A stretch of 63,998 bases of DNA, counting the filler, from Rhizaria sp. SCN 62-66 (Eukaryota): assembly GCA_001724265.1 (NCBI GenBank). It is 4 parts of 4 records of this genome, joined end to end, with 100 filler letters (N's around TTAATTAATTAA, not from the genome) between each part and the next. Parts side by side here need not be neighbours in the genome. Positions count along the whole stretch, not along the records: positions 1 to 13,603 come from MEDY01000523.1; 3 more parts are not named here. One strand, 5' to 3'. The translations under genes were made by a program, and so were the position numbers. Of the stretch, positions 1 to 12,361 are shown piece after piece (position 1 is the stretch's first letter; each line of letters starts with the position of its first letter). The notes below the pieces were generated by a model. It did no database searches and was not told where the DNA came from. It saw only the letters and a program-made list of their open reading frames with translations.

Positions 1-703
1 CGGCGGCGGCGGCCGCAGCGGCGGCGGCGGCGGCCTCGGCGCGGGCGGCGGCGCGCGCGGCGGCGGCGGCGGCCTCGGCCTGGGTCAGGCGCAGCTCGTC
101 GGCGGCCGCAGCGAGGCGGTACTCGGCGTCCTGCTCTGCGATCACAGAGCTCGACGCGGCGCGCGCAGTCGCGGGCGCAGACCTGCTGCTGCTGCTGCTG
201 CTGCTGCTGTTGTTGTTGGCTGAGGAGGGGTGATCCGGGGCGCGAGAATAGTCGTCGTTGAGCACCGAGGCGAGTGTCCGCTGCCGGTCCAGGCGCGCCA
301 GCACGCTTGGCGGCACCGGCGCGCCCGCGCGGGGCACGGCACCCGCGGGCAGCGTCCGCGGCGCAGACGCGGAGGACGTTGAGGAGCCAGAGGCAACGAT
401 GCTGTTGGAGCTCTGCTGCTGCTGAGGAACAGCGGCGGCGGCGGCGGAGGAGGAGTCGATGGGGCTGGTTGCGGTAGCGGCAGTGGCAGTGTTGCTGTTG
501 TTGCTGTCGCTACTCACTTCCTTATTGCTGTTATCGGCCTTTTTGTCGGCTTTGTTGTTCTTGTTGGCGGGCGCTGCGGTGAGGCGCTTAAAGGCGACGA
601 CGCAAGCGACGAGCGCGAGGAGGATGGGCCAGCCGAGGCGCTTGGCCAGCGCCAGGTGTTCAGCGGGCACGTACGCCACGGCCTGCTCCACCAGCGACGC
701 CAT
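1..703 (-). CDS. 5' part of a membrane-anchored protein, possibly UBX/FAF2-like; runs off the window
   Basis: ATG at 703 opens MASLVEQAVAYVPAEHLALAKRLGWPILLALVACVVAFKRL (hydrophobic anchor); the frame stays open to position 1. VIAEQDAEYRLAAAADELR resembles the EQDxEY coiled coil that precedes UBX domains. The UBX domain itself is not in the window. Confidence 0.55.
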   Translation of the reverse strand, partial: MASLVEQAVAYVPAEHLALAKRLGWPILLALVACVVAFKRLTAAPANKNNKADKKADNSNKEVSSDSNNSNTATAATATSPIDSSSAAAAAVPQQQQSSNSIVASGSSTSSASAPRTLPAGAVPRAGAPVPPSVLARLDRQRTLASVLNDDYSRAPDHPSSANNNSSSSSSSSRSAPATARAASSSVIAEQDAEYRLAAAADELRLTQAEAAAAAARAAARAEAAAAAAAAAAA

Positions 704-2123
704 GTGCGAGAGCGAGCTGGCGTCGGAGGAAGCGCAGAGAGAGAGAGAGGGGCGGCGTCGCGGGATAGCGAGAAGGAGAGAAGTGAGTCAGCAAAGAAGG
801 GTCGGAGGAGGATATACAATGGGGCTGTTGGTATAGAGAATGAAAGCACAAATTATAGCAAGATAACAACACATAAAATACGTCAACTAAGCAGTGTTTT
901 GTTTAGACTCGATCTTAGAGAGATATAGCGTGGGAAAGGGTGATGACGTTGGTGTCTGGTGGGTGGTCGGGGATATAGGCGAACTTCGAGTCAGAGCACA
1001 CGGTTCCCGACGTCATGGAAAGATAGAAATTGCAGACTAGAAACACAGGAGCAGTTCAAGTCCGAAAGTGATCCCAGATGCATAAAAGTGACGATAAAAT
1101 GAAGAAATGTATCGGTTTTTAACTAGGCCTCGCACCCTTTAGCCTTTGCCTCGCCCAACCGACCCCCACGGTTGCCGCCACCAGCCATCGGCAAGCAACG
1201 GCGACAGAAACGGGTGTGATGAAGAGAGTCAAGTCAGCAGTAGGGGATTGTTACTTTACTTAGACCAAGCGTAGTATTACACCAACGACAAGCACACAGG
1301 TCTGCAGGAGACAATATCCCTGCTCTAGCGACAACGGCAGATACTGTGAACGACAGCGACAACGACACAGTTTGGCAGGGAACAATGGCAGGAAGGGAAA
1401 AGGGCGTAGCAAAGGGGTGAAAAGGACGAAGATGACAGTAGGTGATGGTGATGGGGGTGACATTGTAGTGATTGTTGAAGTTGAGTTACTCAGATGCAGT
1501 TGCAAGCAAAAACAAGCACATAGCAGACCAGTAACAAGCGGGAAAAAGAGAAAGAACTGAAGGGAAAAGAGAATACTGCGTAGCAATACCGAAGATAACA
1601 CCAACCAAAATAATGATACATATTAATACACTATGTTACAAAAATAAAGCGGAAACTGAAATGAAGAGCACGAAAAATGAAAGCAAATTGCCAGTAGAAG
1701 CGAATAGAGCAAACAAGAGAGGGAAAAAAGTGATTGTGTGTGTTGAGTGTCACGAGAACATATAAAAAGGCCAAGGTAACAAGGGCCTTGACGTTTGAAT
1801 GTGCGCGGGCGTGACGGTGGATGTTTAAACGCAAAGGAAAATAAAAAAAAACAGATACACAAACAAACTAAGGAGGGAAACTAGCAACTAGCCGTAAGTG
1901 ATGCACGTGTCGTAATGTTTGTTCGCTGGTATATACTGAGGCAACAGAAAGAAGAAAGAAAGTCTTAAGCAGGCAAAGCAAAGCTTGGCCAAAGAAAAGT
2001 GGAATTACTAAGAGTAACCACTAAGGGTTTGTTTCGATGAAATGTCAAGACGCACGCAAAGTACCAATCGAATCAGCTCACCTTCACCGCTGTCCGCGTC
2101 CACCTCGCACGGCGGCAACGCTC

Positions 2124-5100
2124 TTACTGCCGTTGGCGGTTATTGTTGTTTGCGTTGTTGATGTTTGAGGGCGCTTGCGGGTACGGTACGTAGCCGCCGC
2201 TCTGGGTGAAGCCAGCGCTAACCCCAACGCCAGCGCCAGTGCCAACATTGCTGCCGTTTCTATTGTTCTGCTGGTGATTAATGTAGCCGGCGTTAGCAGC
2301 GTTGCTGTGCCCCTGGTTGTGGCTGTGAGGACCAAAGCCGTTGGCAGCGGCGGCGGCGGCGGCGGCAGCAGCGGCGGCATTGGGGGTGTTTGTATTGCTG
2401 CCGTTGTGGTGATAGGGAATACCGTGGCCGTGGCCGTGACCGTGGGCAGAGTGACTGCCGCCGCCGCTGTTGTTGCTGCCGAGGCTGAAGTGCCGTGGCC
2501 CCCGCGGCTGCGGCCCGTGGCTGTGATGCCCAGTACCAGCGCCAGCGCCAGTGCCAGCGCCAGTGCCAGTGCCAGCGCCGCCCGCGGCAGCGGCGGCGGC
2601 GGCGGCGGCTGTGGGCGAAAATACGGGGAACTGGTCGCTGCGGTTGCGCGGCGTCCCCGGGGGATGACCGTGAGCACCGGAGTGACCATGAGCAGTGAGG
2701 CCGTGGCCGTGACCGTGGCCGAAGCTGTTACTGTTATTGTACCGCGGCGACGACAAGTGACCAGGGGCAGCCGAGTGACCGTGAGCGTGACGCGGTGTGG
2801 GCGCCGCAGACCCCCTCCTGCTCCCGCCGCCGCCGCCGCCAGCGTTGCTGTTGTTGTTGTAACCGCTATTGTTGTTATTGCCGCCGTCACCGAGCGACAA
2901 CTCGGCGGCGAACGTGCTGTTGTTGTTGTTGCCACCGCCGTTACTCGGCGTGCCCGGCACATTGCCCACATTGCCCCCCTGTCCACCGTTGCCGGCGGCG
3001 TTGGCGTTAGTGCTAGTGCGTTCGACGCGGCCGATGACACGCTTGGCGTACTCGGACCGCCGCAGCACGGGCACGAGCCGGCGCACGGCGTCGGTCAGCA
3101 CGGCGCGCTGCGCGGGCGCGGCGGCCGCAAGAACCGTGCGCACGACGTAGTTGGCGAAGGGGTGCATCAACATGCCCGTCAGACCCAGCGTGTTCACAGA
3201 GTTCACAGAGTGCGCCCCCACGGCCGGCGCGTTCGCGCCAGAGCTGGCGGCCGCAGCGGCGAGGGCGGCGGCGGCAGTGCTGTGGGGGTCAGAGCCGTAG
3301 TAGTAGTTGTTGTCGGCGTTGGAGCCGGCGTTGGAGGTGGAGCTCCCGATGCTGGCAGGAGGCAGGTTGAGGGCCGCGCGCGCCTTGGCCGTGAAACCGC
3401 CGGCCCAGTCAGCGCCCACCCAGGCCACGCCCGCACTAGAGGTAGCACTCGCTGCAGCGTTGGCAGCAGCGTTGGCGTTGGCGTGGACGCTGGCGATGAC
3501 GCTAGCGGCCGTGACCGTGGGCGCGGCAGTCGCGCTGGCGCTCGAGTCGCCGGATGAGAGCAGGAGGACGCTCGCTTCCGTGCCGGGAGCCGCCCCGGTA
3601 GCAACACTCGCGCTCGTGCTCGCGATGGCACTGGCATTGGTAGCACTGGGTTGACTGTTACTGTTGCTGTTGCTGCTGCTGTTGTTACTGTTGGCGTGCA
3701 GCGCGGCCGTGATCGCGGCAGACAGGGCGCCCCCAGGCGCGGCGGCCACCGCGGCGGCCGCGGCCAGGAGCCGGGCAGCCGCAGTCACCTCGGCCTCGGG
3801 CTCCCTCTCTTGAACAATTGTAGTCGCGACGGGCGCGGTGACAGCAGAGCTGGAGCTGGGACTCGAAGCCGCGCTCTTGCCTCCGCCGCTCTTGAGGGCG
3901 CTGCTGCCGGCAAGCGAGGGCACCGCAGAGAGGCTGTCGATGAGCTCCACGGTCACGAGCACGGGCACGCTCGCCGCCACGTCAGTCGCGGCGCTGCTGT
4001 TGCCGCCGTGGCCGTGGCCGTAGTTGTGGTTGCGGATCAGCGCGGCGGCGGCGGCGGGCGGGACGTAGAGCAGCGCGCACACCGGCACCGACACGCCGTC
4101 GCCGTCTGCGCCCACCGCGCCCCCGCCGCCGCTGCCGCTGCTGTTGGCGCCGCTAGCGCCGCTGCCGCTGCTCGACGCCATCGACGGCGACGGCGACGGC
4201 GACTGCAGGTTCCGACCGTTGCCACCGCCACTGGCACCGCTTTTGGAGTTGCGCTTGCCGCTGCCGCCGGCCGAGGGCGTGGTGCTGCCGCCGCTGCCGC
4301 TGTGGTTGCTGCCTACCGTGCTGCGCCGCTGCCCCGAGTGGCCGTGTCCGTGACCGTGTCCGTGTCCGTGGCCGCCGGGGCCGCTGCCCACAAGCGTCTG
4401 CGCGGCGGCCACGGTGGCGACCGGCACGCCCGCCGCCGCGAGGGCGCCGCGCAGCAGCAGCTGCACCAGGGGCGGCTGCAGCGCCGCGCCGCCCAGCAGC
4501 AGCTTCACGCTCGCACTCGTCGCAGCCGCGCCAGAGCTAGAGCCAGAGCCAGCGCCAGATCCACCGCCGGAGCCACCAGAGTGGGCGTTGCCGCGGCCGG
4601 CGGTCGGCGTCGGCGGCTGCCGCTTGCCGTCCTTGCCACCGCCCATCGCGCTGCCGTGGCCGCCGCTAGGGTTGCCGCCGCCGCTGCCGCTGCCGCCGTT
4701 GCCGCCGCTGTTGTCGAAGTATGAGATGATTGTCTCGTCGACAAGCGGCGCACACTGCTCGCTGTCGCACAGGTGCAGGGCCTTCTCGACGACGTTACTG
4801 GCGCACTTGTCGAGCGCGTAGGCCGTGGCGCGGCCCTGCAGCAGCCGCGCCACGAGCGCGCGGTGGTGGCGCGCGTGCGCCGTGCCGTAGCGCCGCGGGC
4901 AAAGGCGCGCGCGCGCGTGCAGTGCGGGCCCCAAGCGCGCCGCCGCGGCCGCGGACAGCAAAGACGCCGGGCACGGCAGCACGAACGGCGGCGGCGGCGA
5001 CAAGGCGTCAGCAGCAGCAGCAGCGACGTTAGCAATAGGAGCATTGACATCGACAAGAGCGCAGTTACTGCTCATAGCCTTGCTGTTGTTGCTGCTACCA

Positions 5101-8100
5101 ACGCTGTTGTTGACGTTGGGAACCTTGCCGGGGTGCGTATCGAAGTCCAGCGGCAGGTAGCTGGCGGGCGGCTCTGCCTCCTGCAGCGCAGTGGCGACGA
5201 GCACGTGCTGGATCACGTAGTTGCCGAAGGGGTGCCTGCAGAGGAAGTCGAAGTTGGCGGCGACCTGCAGCAGCAGCGCGCGGCGCTGCGAGGGGGTGCA
5301 GTGGCTGTGAGCGCGCTGCACGACGCGGCAGCCGAACGAGTGCGCTGACAGCAGCACCAGCGCGTTGCCGTTCGCGCCGCCGCTTGCTCCGGGGCTCGCG
5401 CCGGACTGTGCGCTGTGCGCGTTGCTGCTCGAGTCAGGGCCATTGGCATTCGCGAGAGCATTGCTATTGTCTTCAGCAGCAGAGAGCGAGTAATTGCCGC
5501 CGGCGCCAGAGGGGCCCGCGCTCGCGCCGCCACAGGGGTAACCGGCGGCGGCGAGCGCCGCCAGCGCGAGCGGGTCCCTGAGCGGGACGCCCTCGGCGGG
5601 GACCGAGAAAAGCGGTGCGACGGTGGGGTGGAGGAGGAAGGCGGGGACGCACTCGATGGCCTTTTGCACGACGTGGTTGGCGTGCTGATGCAGCGCGAGC
5701 GGCGCGAAGTACGGCGCAAGCGCGGCCGAGATGAGCGCGTGGCACACGGCCGCGCAGTGGTCACTCTGGGCCACTGCCAGCAGGGACGCGGCCGCCGCGC
5801 GCTGCACGGCAGCTGCCACGGCACCCAGGGCGGTCGCGGCGGGGATAGCAGACACGGCGGCGGAGCGGGAGTCGGCTGACAGCGCGGCGTCCTTGTTCTT
5901 AGCGGCGCCGGTGTGGCTACTGCTATGGGGGACCCGGGGGGCGCGGCGGGGGCGGGTCGGGGGCGAGCCGCCGTCGACCAGTGCGCAGCAGTCGTCGTCA
6001 TCATCGCCGTCGTCATCGCCACCGTTGCAACCGTCAGCCGCAACCTCGCCGCCACCGTCGCCGTCGCTGGCGATGACAAGGACGCGGCCGGTCGCCGTCG
6101 CGGGGCTCCCGACCTTACGACCACCCAGCCCAACGCTATTGTCCACGTCCACATCCGCATCCGCATCATCGTCGGCGTTGTCGTCGGCCTCGGCTTCGGC
6201 GTCGGGGTCGCAGTCCCAGTGGCCGCAGCTGCTAAGGGCCCACCGGGTCGCCGCCGCCACTGCCACCGCATCAACAGCCGTAGCCGCGGCCGCACCCGCA
6301 CTGGCGTCGGCGGCGCTAGCGTTGTTGTTGTTGAAGCTGTTGCTAGAAGAGGCTTGCGGGGTGCTGGGGGGATTCAGGGCCGCGTTGGCATTGGCGTTGC
6401 TGCTGTTGCTGTTGGTGTTGTTACTGTTAGCGTTGGCGTTGGCGGCGGCTGCGAGTGCGAGGGCGCCGGCTTCAGTGCTGCTGGTGCCGTCGCCGCTGCT
6501 GGCGTTGTTGTGGGCGGCCGGGCTGACGGCGGCGGAGGCGGCCGTGGCGGCGGCGATGACGTCGAGCAGCCTCTGCACGACTCGGCAGCCGAAGGGGTCG
6601 ACACACAGAGCGCGCAATCTATAGAAAGGAAGAGAAACACAAGCAGGTAGTGTAAGTGCAAATGAGTGGGATTTAAACGACACAAAATTATGTCAAGATA
6701 TTAGGAATTGAACATGCAGTTATTAATACAGTTAACAAGCGATTATTTGTTGGTGCTGCGAACGTACTTTGACCCAAAGCCACTGCTGGGGGTCGCGCCC
6801 ACCGAGGCGGCCTCGGCCGCGGCAGACGCAGTCGCCGTAGCCGCCGCCGCCGCCGCAGCGGCGCTGTTGGGCGTCGCCGGCGTCAACCCGTGGCCGTGGC
6901 CGTGGCCGTGGCCGTGGCCGTGGTGGTGACCGTGGGCAGGGGCGACCGACACAAGTCCGGAGACGGTACTGGCACTCGCACTCCCGCTCGCGCTAGCAGC
7001 AGCGGTGTTGGTGGTGTTGCTGCCGCTGCTGTTGTCCGGCGAGCGTTCGATGGCATGCAACAGCTGCAGGCAGTAGTACGCGGAGGTCGTCAGCACGGGC
7101 ACAGGCAGCGCGCCCCACGCCTTGGCCTTGGCCGCATTCCCCGGCTCAGCCTCTGCCTCAGCCTCTGCCTCAGCACCAGCCTCGACAAGAGCAGTGCTTG
7201 TGCTGTTGTCGCAGCTGTTCGCCGTGTCCCACTGCTCCCACAGCCAGTCAGCAGCCTCTGCCTCCGCCTCCGCCTCCGCCTCCGCCTCAGTAGCCTCAGC
7301 AGCAGCAGCAGCGCCGCGCTTAGGACCGCGGCGCGTGCGCCTGCCCGCGTGCAGCGGTGGCGGCGGCAGCGCGTCGAGCGTCTTCTGCAGCACATAGTGC
7401 GCCAGCGGGTGCGTCGCCAACGCGGCGGCATGCGGCAGCAGCGCCGCCACTACGGCGCGCTTCACCGCCACGCCCGCGCGCACCAGCGCCGACAGCCGCT
7501 GCAGCTCGGGGTCCGCGGCGGCCGAGAGGCCCCCGGCGCCCCCGCCGCCACAGCCGGGGCCGGCGACGATGACGCTGGAGTTGGAGTAGGCGAGCGCGGG
7601 CAACGCAGGGTCACCTGCCGCTGTGGTGTTGTTGCCGCTGCAGCCGTTCGTGGGCGATTGCGAGAGGGAGGCGCGCCGGCGCTGCCGCTGGCGCTGCCGA
7701 GAACCTCCAGCAGCAGCCGCAGTGGCAACGGAGCCGGTGCCCGAGCCGGCGACAGAGCCCGCGACAACGGACGCCGGGGGCGAGACCGGCACCCCAACCG
7801 CGATGGCGTTGTTCTTACCAGTGTTGTTGGCGTTGTTGCTGGCGTTCAACCTGCTGTCTCTGGCCTCCCTGGCGCGGCGCCGCAGCTTGGCAGCCAGCGC
7901 GGCGGCCGCGGCCGTGGTGCTTGCGTGGAGACTCTCCAGCTCGACCTGGAGCTGCCGGCCGCCGCCGTGGGCCGTGGCCAGCGCAGGAACCGAGGCCAGC
8001 GCGGCCGCGTCGCCCAGTGAAAAGCCGGGCGGAAGCGGCACGCCCAGAGCCGCCAGCTCGGCCAGTGCGCGGGCCGCCGCCAGCGCCGCGGGCGTCGCAG

Positions 8101-9081
8101 GGGCGGGCGCCGATGATGCACTCGCAGACGCAGTCGCGGTGGCAGCAGCAGCAGCAGCAGCAGCAGCGGCGGCAGCGGCGGGCGCGTTGGTGACAGAAGC
8201 CGGGCGAGCAGCGTTGCCACTGTTGTTACTGTTCATGTTCATGTTGTAGCTGCTGGCGCTGGTGCTGGGGGGCACGCCGGTGGCCGAGCCGGGCGGAGAG
8301 CGGTAGCGCGGATGACTGTGGCCGTGGCCGTGGCCGTGGCCGCTGGCGCTGGCGCTGGCGCTGGCGAGGGCGAGTGCGTTGGCGTTACTGTTGCTGCCGA
8401 GGGAGGCGTTGCTGATGGTGCTGCCGGGGCCGCTGGCAACGCCGCTGTTGAACCTGTTGTTGTACTGCTGCTGCTGCTGCTGTAACTGCTGTTGTTGTTG
8501 AAGCTGCTGTTGTTGGAGCATAGCGAAGTTATTCGTCATACTAGGAGGACTCGTGTTGCTGTTGTTCGCAGAGGCCGTGGCAGCGGCGGCGGCGGCGGCA
8601 GCGGCGGCGGCAATAATGCTGAGGTCAGACTGAGAGAAGCCACCGAGTCCGCCCGTGTGCTGAAAGAGGCCGGGGGGCAGAAGCGCGGAAGTTAGGCCGC
8701 CCATGGGCAAAGTCAAGCCGCCCATCGCCATCTGGGAATTTAGGCCGCCCATCGCCATCTGGGAAGCCAGGCCGCCCATGGGCGAAGTTAGGCCGCCAGC
8801 GGCAGCGGAAGGCGGCAGCATCATCCCACCCTGCAGCAGCTGTTGCTGCTGTTGCAGATAGTTGCCATTCACGTCGTTGCTGCCGCTGCCGTTGTTGCCG
8901 CCGCTATTGAACGACTGAATGGCAGCCAGCGCCGCCAGCGCAGCAGCCGCAGCATGGTCGTTGCTGCCGCTGCCGCTGCCGTTCGGGCTGCCACCACCAT
9001 GTTGTTGCTGCTGCTGCTGCTGCTGCTGCTGTTGTAGGAGCTGTTGCTGCAACAGCAGCTGTTGGGGACTGAACTGAGGAG

Positions 9082-9128
<47 letters not shown>

Positions 9129-10485
9129 TGCTGCATCTGCATCTGTTGCTGCATTTGGCTGATGATGGCAGCAGCTGCCACCGCGGCAGCAGTCGCCGTG
9201 TTCGAGCTGCCAACATGGCTGCCGCTGTTCAAAGTGTTCATGGCGTTCATGTTGTTGTTGCCCAGCACGTTGACGGCGCTGATGTTGCTGTTGAGATTGC
9301 TGTTGAGCCCCAGGCCGCTGCCGCAAGCGCTGCCGCCGAAGCCGCTGCCGCCGCCATTGCTGCTGCCAAAGCCGATGCCGCTTCCGGGCCGTGACCCCGG
9401 GCCAGAGCCGGGGCCTGAGACGGGGGCGGTGGCGTTGTAGTAGAAGTTGTTGTTGTTGTTGTTGTTGCCGAGGGCGTTGTTAGCGTTGTTGGCACTACTG
9501 CTGAAACTATAGTTGTTGTTGTTAATGTTGTTGACGTTGTTGTTGTTGTTGTAGACGTTCGTGTTGCTGTTGTTGTTGTAGTAGTTGCTGCCGTTGACGT
9601 TGCTGTTGCTGAGGCTGTGCGTGTTGACCGCGGTCGTGGTCGGACTGGAGCCCGAGACGGCGACAGCCCACTGCCCGCTGCCGGCCCGCACGTGCTAACT
9701 CAGCGCGGCGGAGTGAACGAGGGCGGCGGAGTGACCGTGGGCAGACGAGTGACCGTGGGCAGACGAATGGTTGCCGCCGGTGCTCGAGGACGCTGAGAAG
9801 TGACTGTGCGCGTAGCCATTGTTGTTGTTGTTGTTCTGGTTATACATCAGCTGCTGCTGCTGCTGCTGATACTGTTGATGTTGCATCACATTCGCGTTCA
9901 TGTTGTTCATGTTGTAGGGCGGCGCAATATTGACGCCAGAGCCGGGGCCGGAGCCGGGGCCAGAGCCGCCAGAGCCGGCGCTGGCCGCGGGCAGCAGAGG
10001 CGACTGCGACTGCAGCTGCAGCGGCAGCGGCAGAGGCAGTGGCACTGGTACCGGCACCCCACCGCTGCCATACTGGCCGTGCGTTAACGCGGCGTTACTG
10101 TTAAGATTGCTATTGCAGTTAGCGGGGTAGCCAGTCATGCTGCCGCCGCCGCTGCCGCCGCCGTAGCCGCCGCCGCCACCGCCGCTGCCGACGCCGACGA
10201 CAGTGTTGCCGCCGACGCCCGAGTTGGCGACACCGCTGGCGCTAGCGCCGGCACTGAAGACGGAGAGGGAGGGCGGCAGCGAGAAGCCTGAGGCGACCGA
10301 AACGGCGTCGTCGTTGACGTTGACGACGGCGACCGCGTTGCCGCTGCCGAGGCCGCTCAGGTTGTGGCCGCTGCCGTGGCCGTGGCCGAGACCGAGGCTG
10401 TGCGCGGCGTTGGAGTTGGAGTTGGCGTTGACATTCACAGTATTGTTGTTGTTGCTGTTGAGAGACAACAGCTGAAGCTGCTGCA

Positions 10486-10522
<37 letters not shown>

Positions 10523-11079
10523 AAACTGCTGCTGGTACAGCTGTTGTTGTTGCTGCTGCTGTTGCTGCTGCGCGTTGTTCGCAAAGTACTGCTGCTGCTG
10601 CTGCTGCTGCTGCTGTTGTTGTTGCTGCTGTTGTTGCTGGTTAGAGCTGTTGGCAGCCATCACTTGTTGTTGTTGGTGTTGTTGCTGCTGCTGTTGGTGC
10701 AGCTGCTGTTGCTGCATCGGCAGTTGCTGTTGGAAGTGGTGGTGCGGCCGGGACAAGCCGAGCGCAGCAGCAGCCGCAGCCTAGAGTCGCCATAAACAAG
10801 AGATGGAAGCGGGGAAGACAACAAGGCGAGGTATAGAGCGCAAATGGTGAGGTTAGAGTTCTAAACAAATATAGACATACAATACAGTAAAAATTACACA
10901 ACGTGGCATGAAATCAGTGTGATATGCCATAATATATCTCGCCAAATGTGTGTTTTAGCGCACCTGGTTGCCGAGATGCGGGGTGGCGGCGGCGGAAAGT
11001 AGGCCGCTGGTGGCCGAGCTAGGGGCCGAGGGGGGTCCGGCGAGGGGGCTCCGCATCAGCATCCCGGGCCCAACCAAGC

Positions 11080-11111
<32 letters not shown>

Positions 11112-11588
11112 GGCTGCTGCTGTTGAAGCTGCAGCAGTGAGTTGGCGGTGCTCGGGATGTTGACGTTGGCATTGGCGTTGTTGTTGGTGGCCGACATGAG
11201 GTTTGTGAGGGCAGTCGCAGCCGAGTTGGCAGGAGACACTGGCAAATCAACACGTAAACCGCCGCCACCGCCACCACCGCCGCCGTTGCTGCTAGCGCTG
11301 CTGCTGCTGCTGCTGTTGTTGTTGTTGCTGTTGCTGTTGTTGTAGCCTGTGTTGCTGGGGGCAGTGAGTGAAAGAGATAGCGCGAGCTGCTGCGCCAGCG
11401 GGGGCAACGAGCCGTAGGCGTTTACAGCAGCAGCGGCGGCTGCATTGCCGCTGCTGCTGGCATGATCAATCGCATTGCTGCTATTGCTGCTAGGGTTGTT
11501 ATTCAGAGCATGCAGGTGCATGCTGCTGCTTTGGGCATGGGTCGGCGTTGGCCGCGGCGCAAACAGTGACGAAGACAAACCAAACGCG

Positions 11589-11635
<47 letters not shown>

Positions 11636-12072
11636 GCTGTGGTTGATGTTGTTGGCATTCGCACTCGTAGCGTTACCAATGTTGAGTCTAGAAGGACCGA
11701 CGAGAGGCATCGCAGTGTGGTTGCCGTTGTTGTGATTCATATTACCACTACTAATCATATCCGTGTTGGAAGAAGAGCTCACATTGGTGATGCTGATCGC
11801 GTCAACACCAGTGCTGCTGTTGCTGTTGTTGCTGTTAATGTTACTGTTACCGCTGTTGGCGACGCCGATGTTGGTGCTGGCGGCCACGGCGGCGGCGGCG
11901 CTCGAGGTCGGCGTCGTCGCCGAGGGCCAGGCGGGCCACAGCCCGGTCCCACCCGCGCCATTCACGCCGCTGCTGTTGCTGCCACCCACGGCCGAGGCAG
12001 AGTTCGCAGCGTTGTTGTTGTTGAGGTGAGTGGGGCTTTGCTCCTCGATGTTGTGTGTCAGCAGCAAACCGT

Positions 12073-12109
<37 letters not shown>

Positions 12110-12361
12110 AGAGCTGACATGAGCGCTGGCGCTGGTCGTAAGAGGCAGCGCATTGAGCGGGGGGAACGACAGCTGCGGCAAGAACACGGCAGCGTTGTTG
12201 TTGGCACTGCCACCGTTATTTGGACTACCAGCACCGGATCTGGCGTCAAGGGCGGCAGCAGCGGCAGCGGCGGCAGCGGCGGCGGCGTTAGCGTCGTAGT
12301 AGAAGCTGCTGCCACTGCCACTGCCGCCGCCGGGGCCGATGTGGGCGGTATTACTGCTCAT
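2124..12361 (-). CDS. PUM: Giant Pumilio/PUF RNA-binding protein (~3300 aa); exons 12361-10964, 10780-6768, 6618-2124; in-frame TAG at 9697-9695
   Basis: Eight PUF repeat cores in canonical order: GGGRQLQ, LAHYVLQ, FGCRVVQ, HANHVVQ, FGCRVVQ, FGNYVIQ, CASNVVE, FANYVVR, then YAKRVI. Two phase-compatible introns (GTGCGC..TAG, GTACGT..TAG). Q/N-rich N-terminal half; ends in TAA. Confidence 0.85.

Noticed and set aside
1260-1862. Minus-strand hydrophobic ORFs downstream of PUF
   Set aside because: Pyrimidine-rich UTR-type sequence giving Phe/Leu-rich spurious translations.
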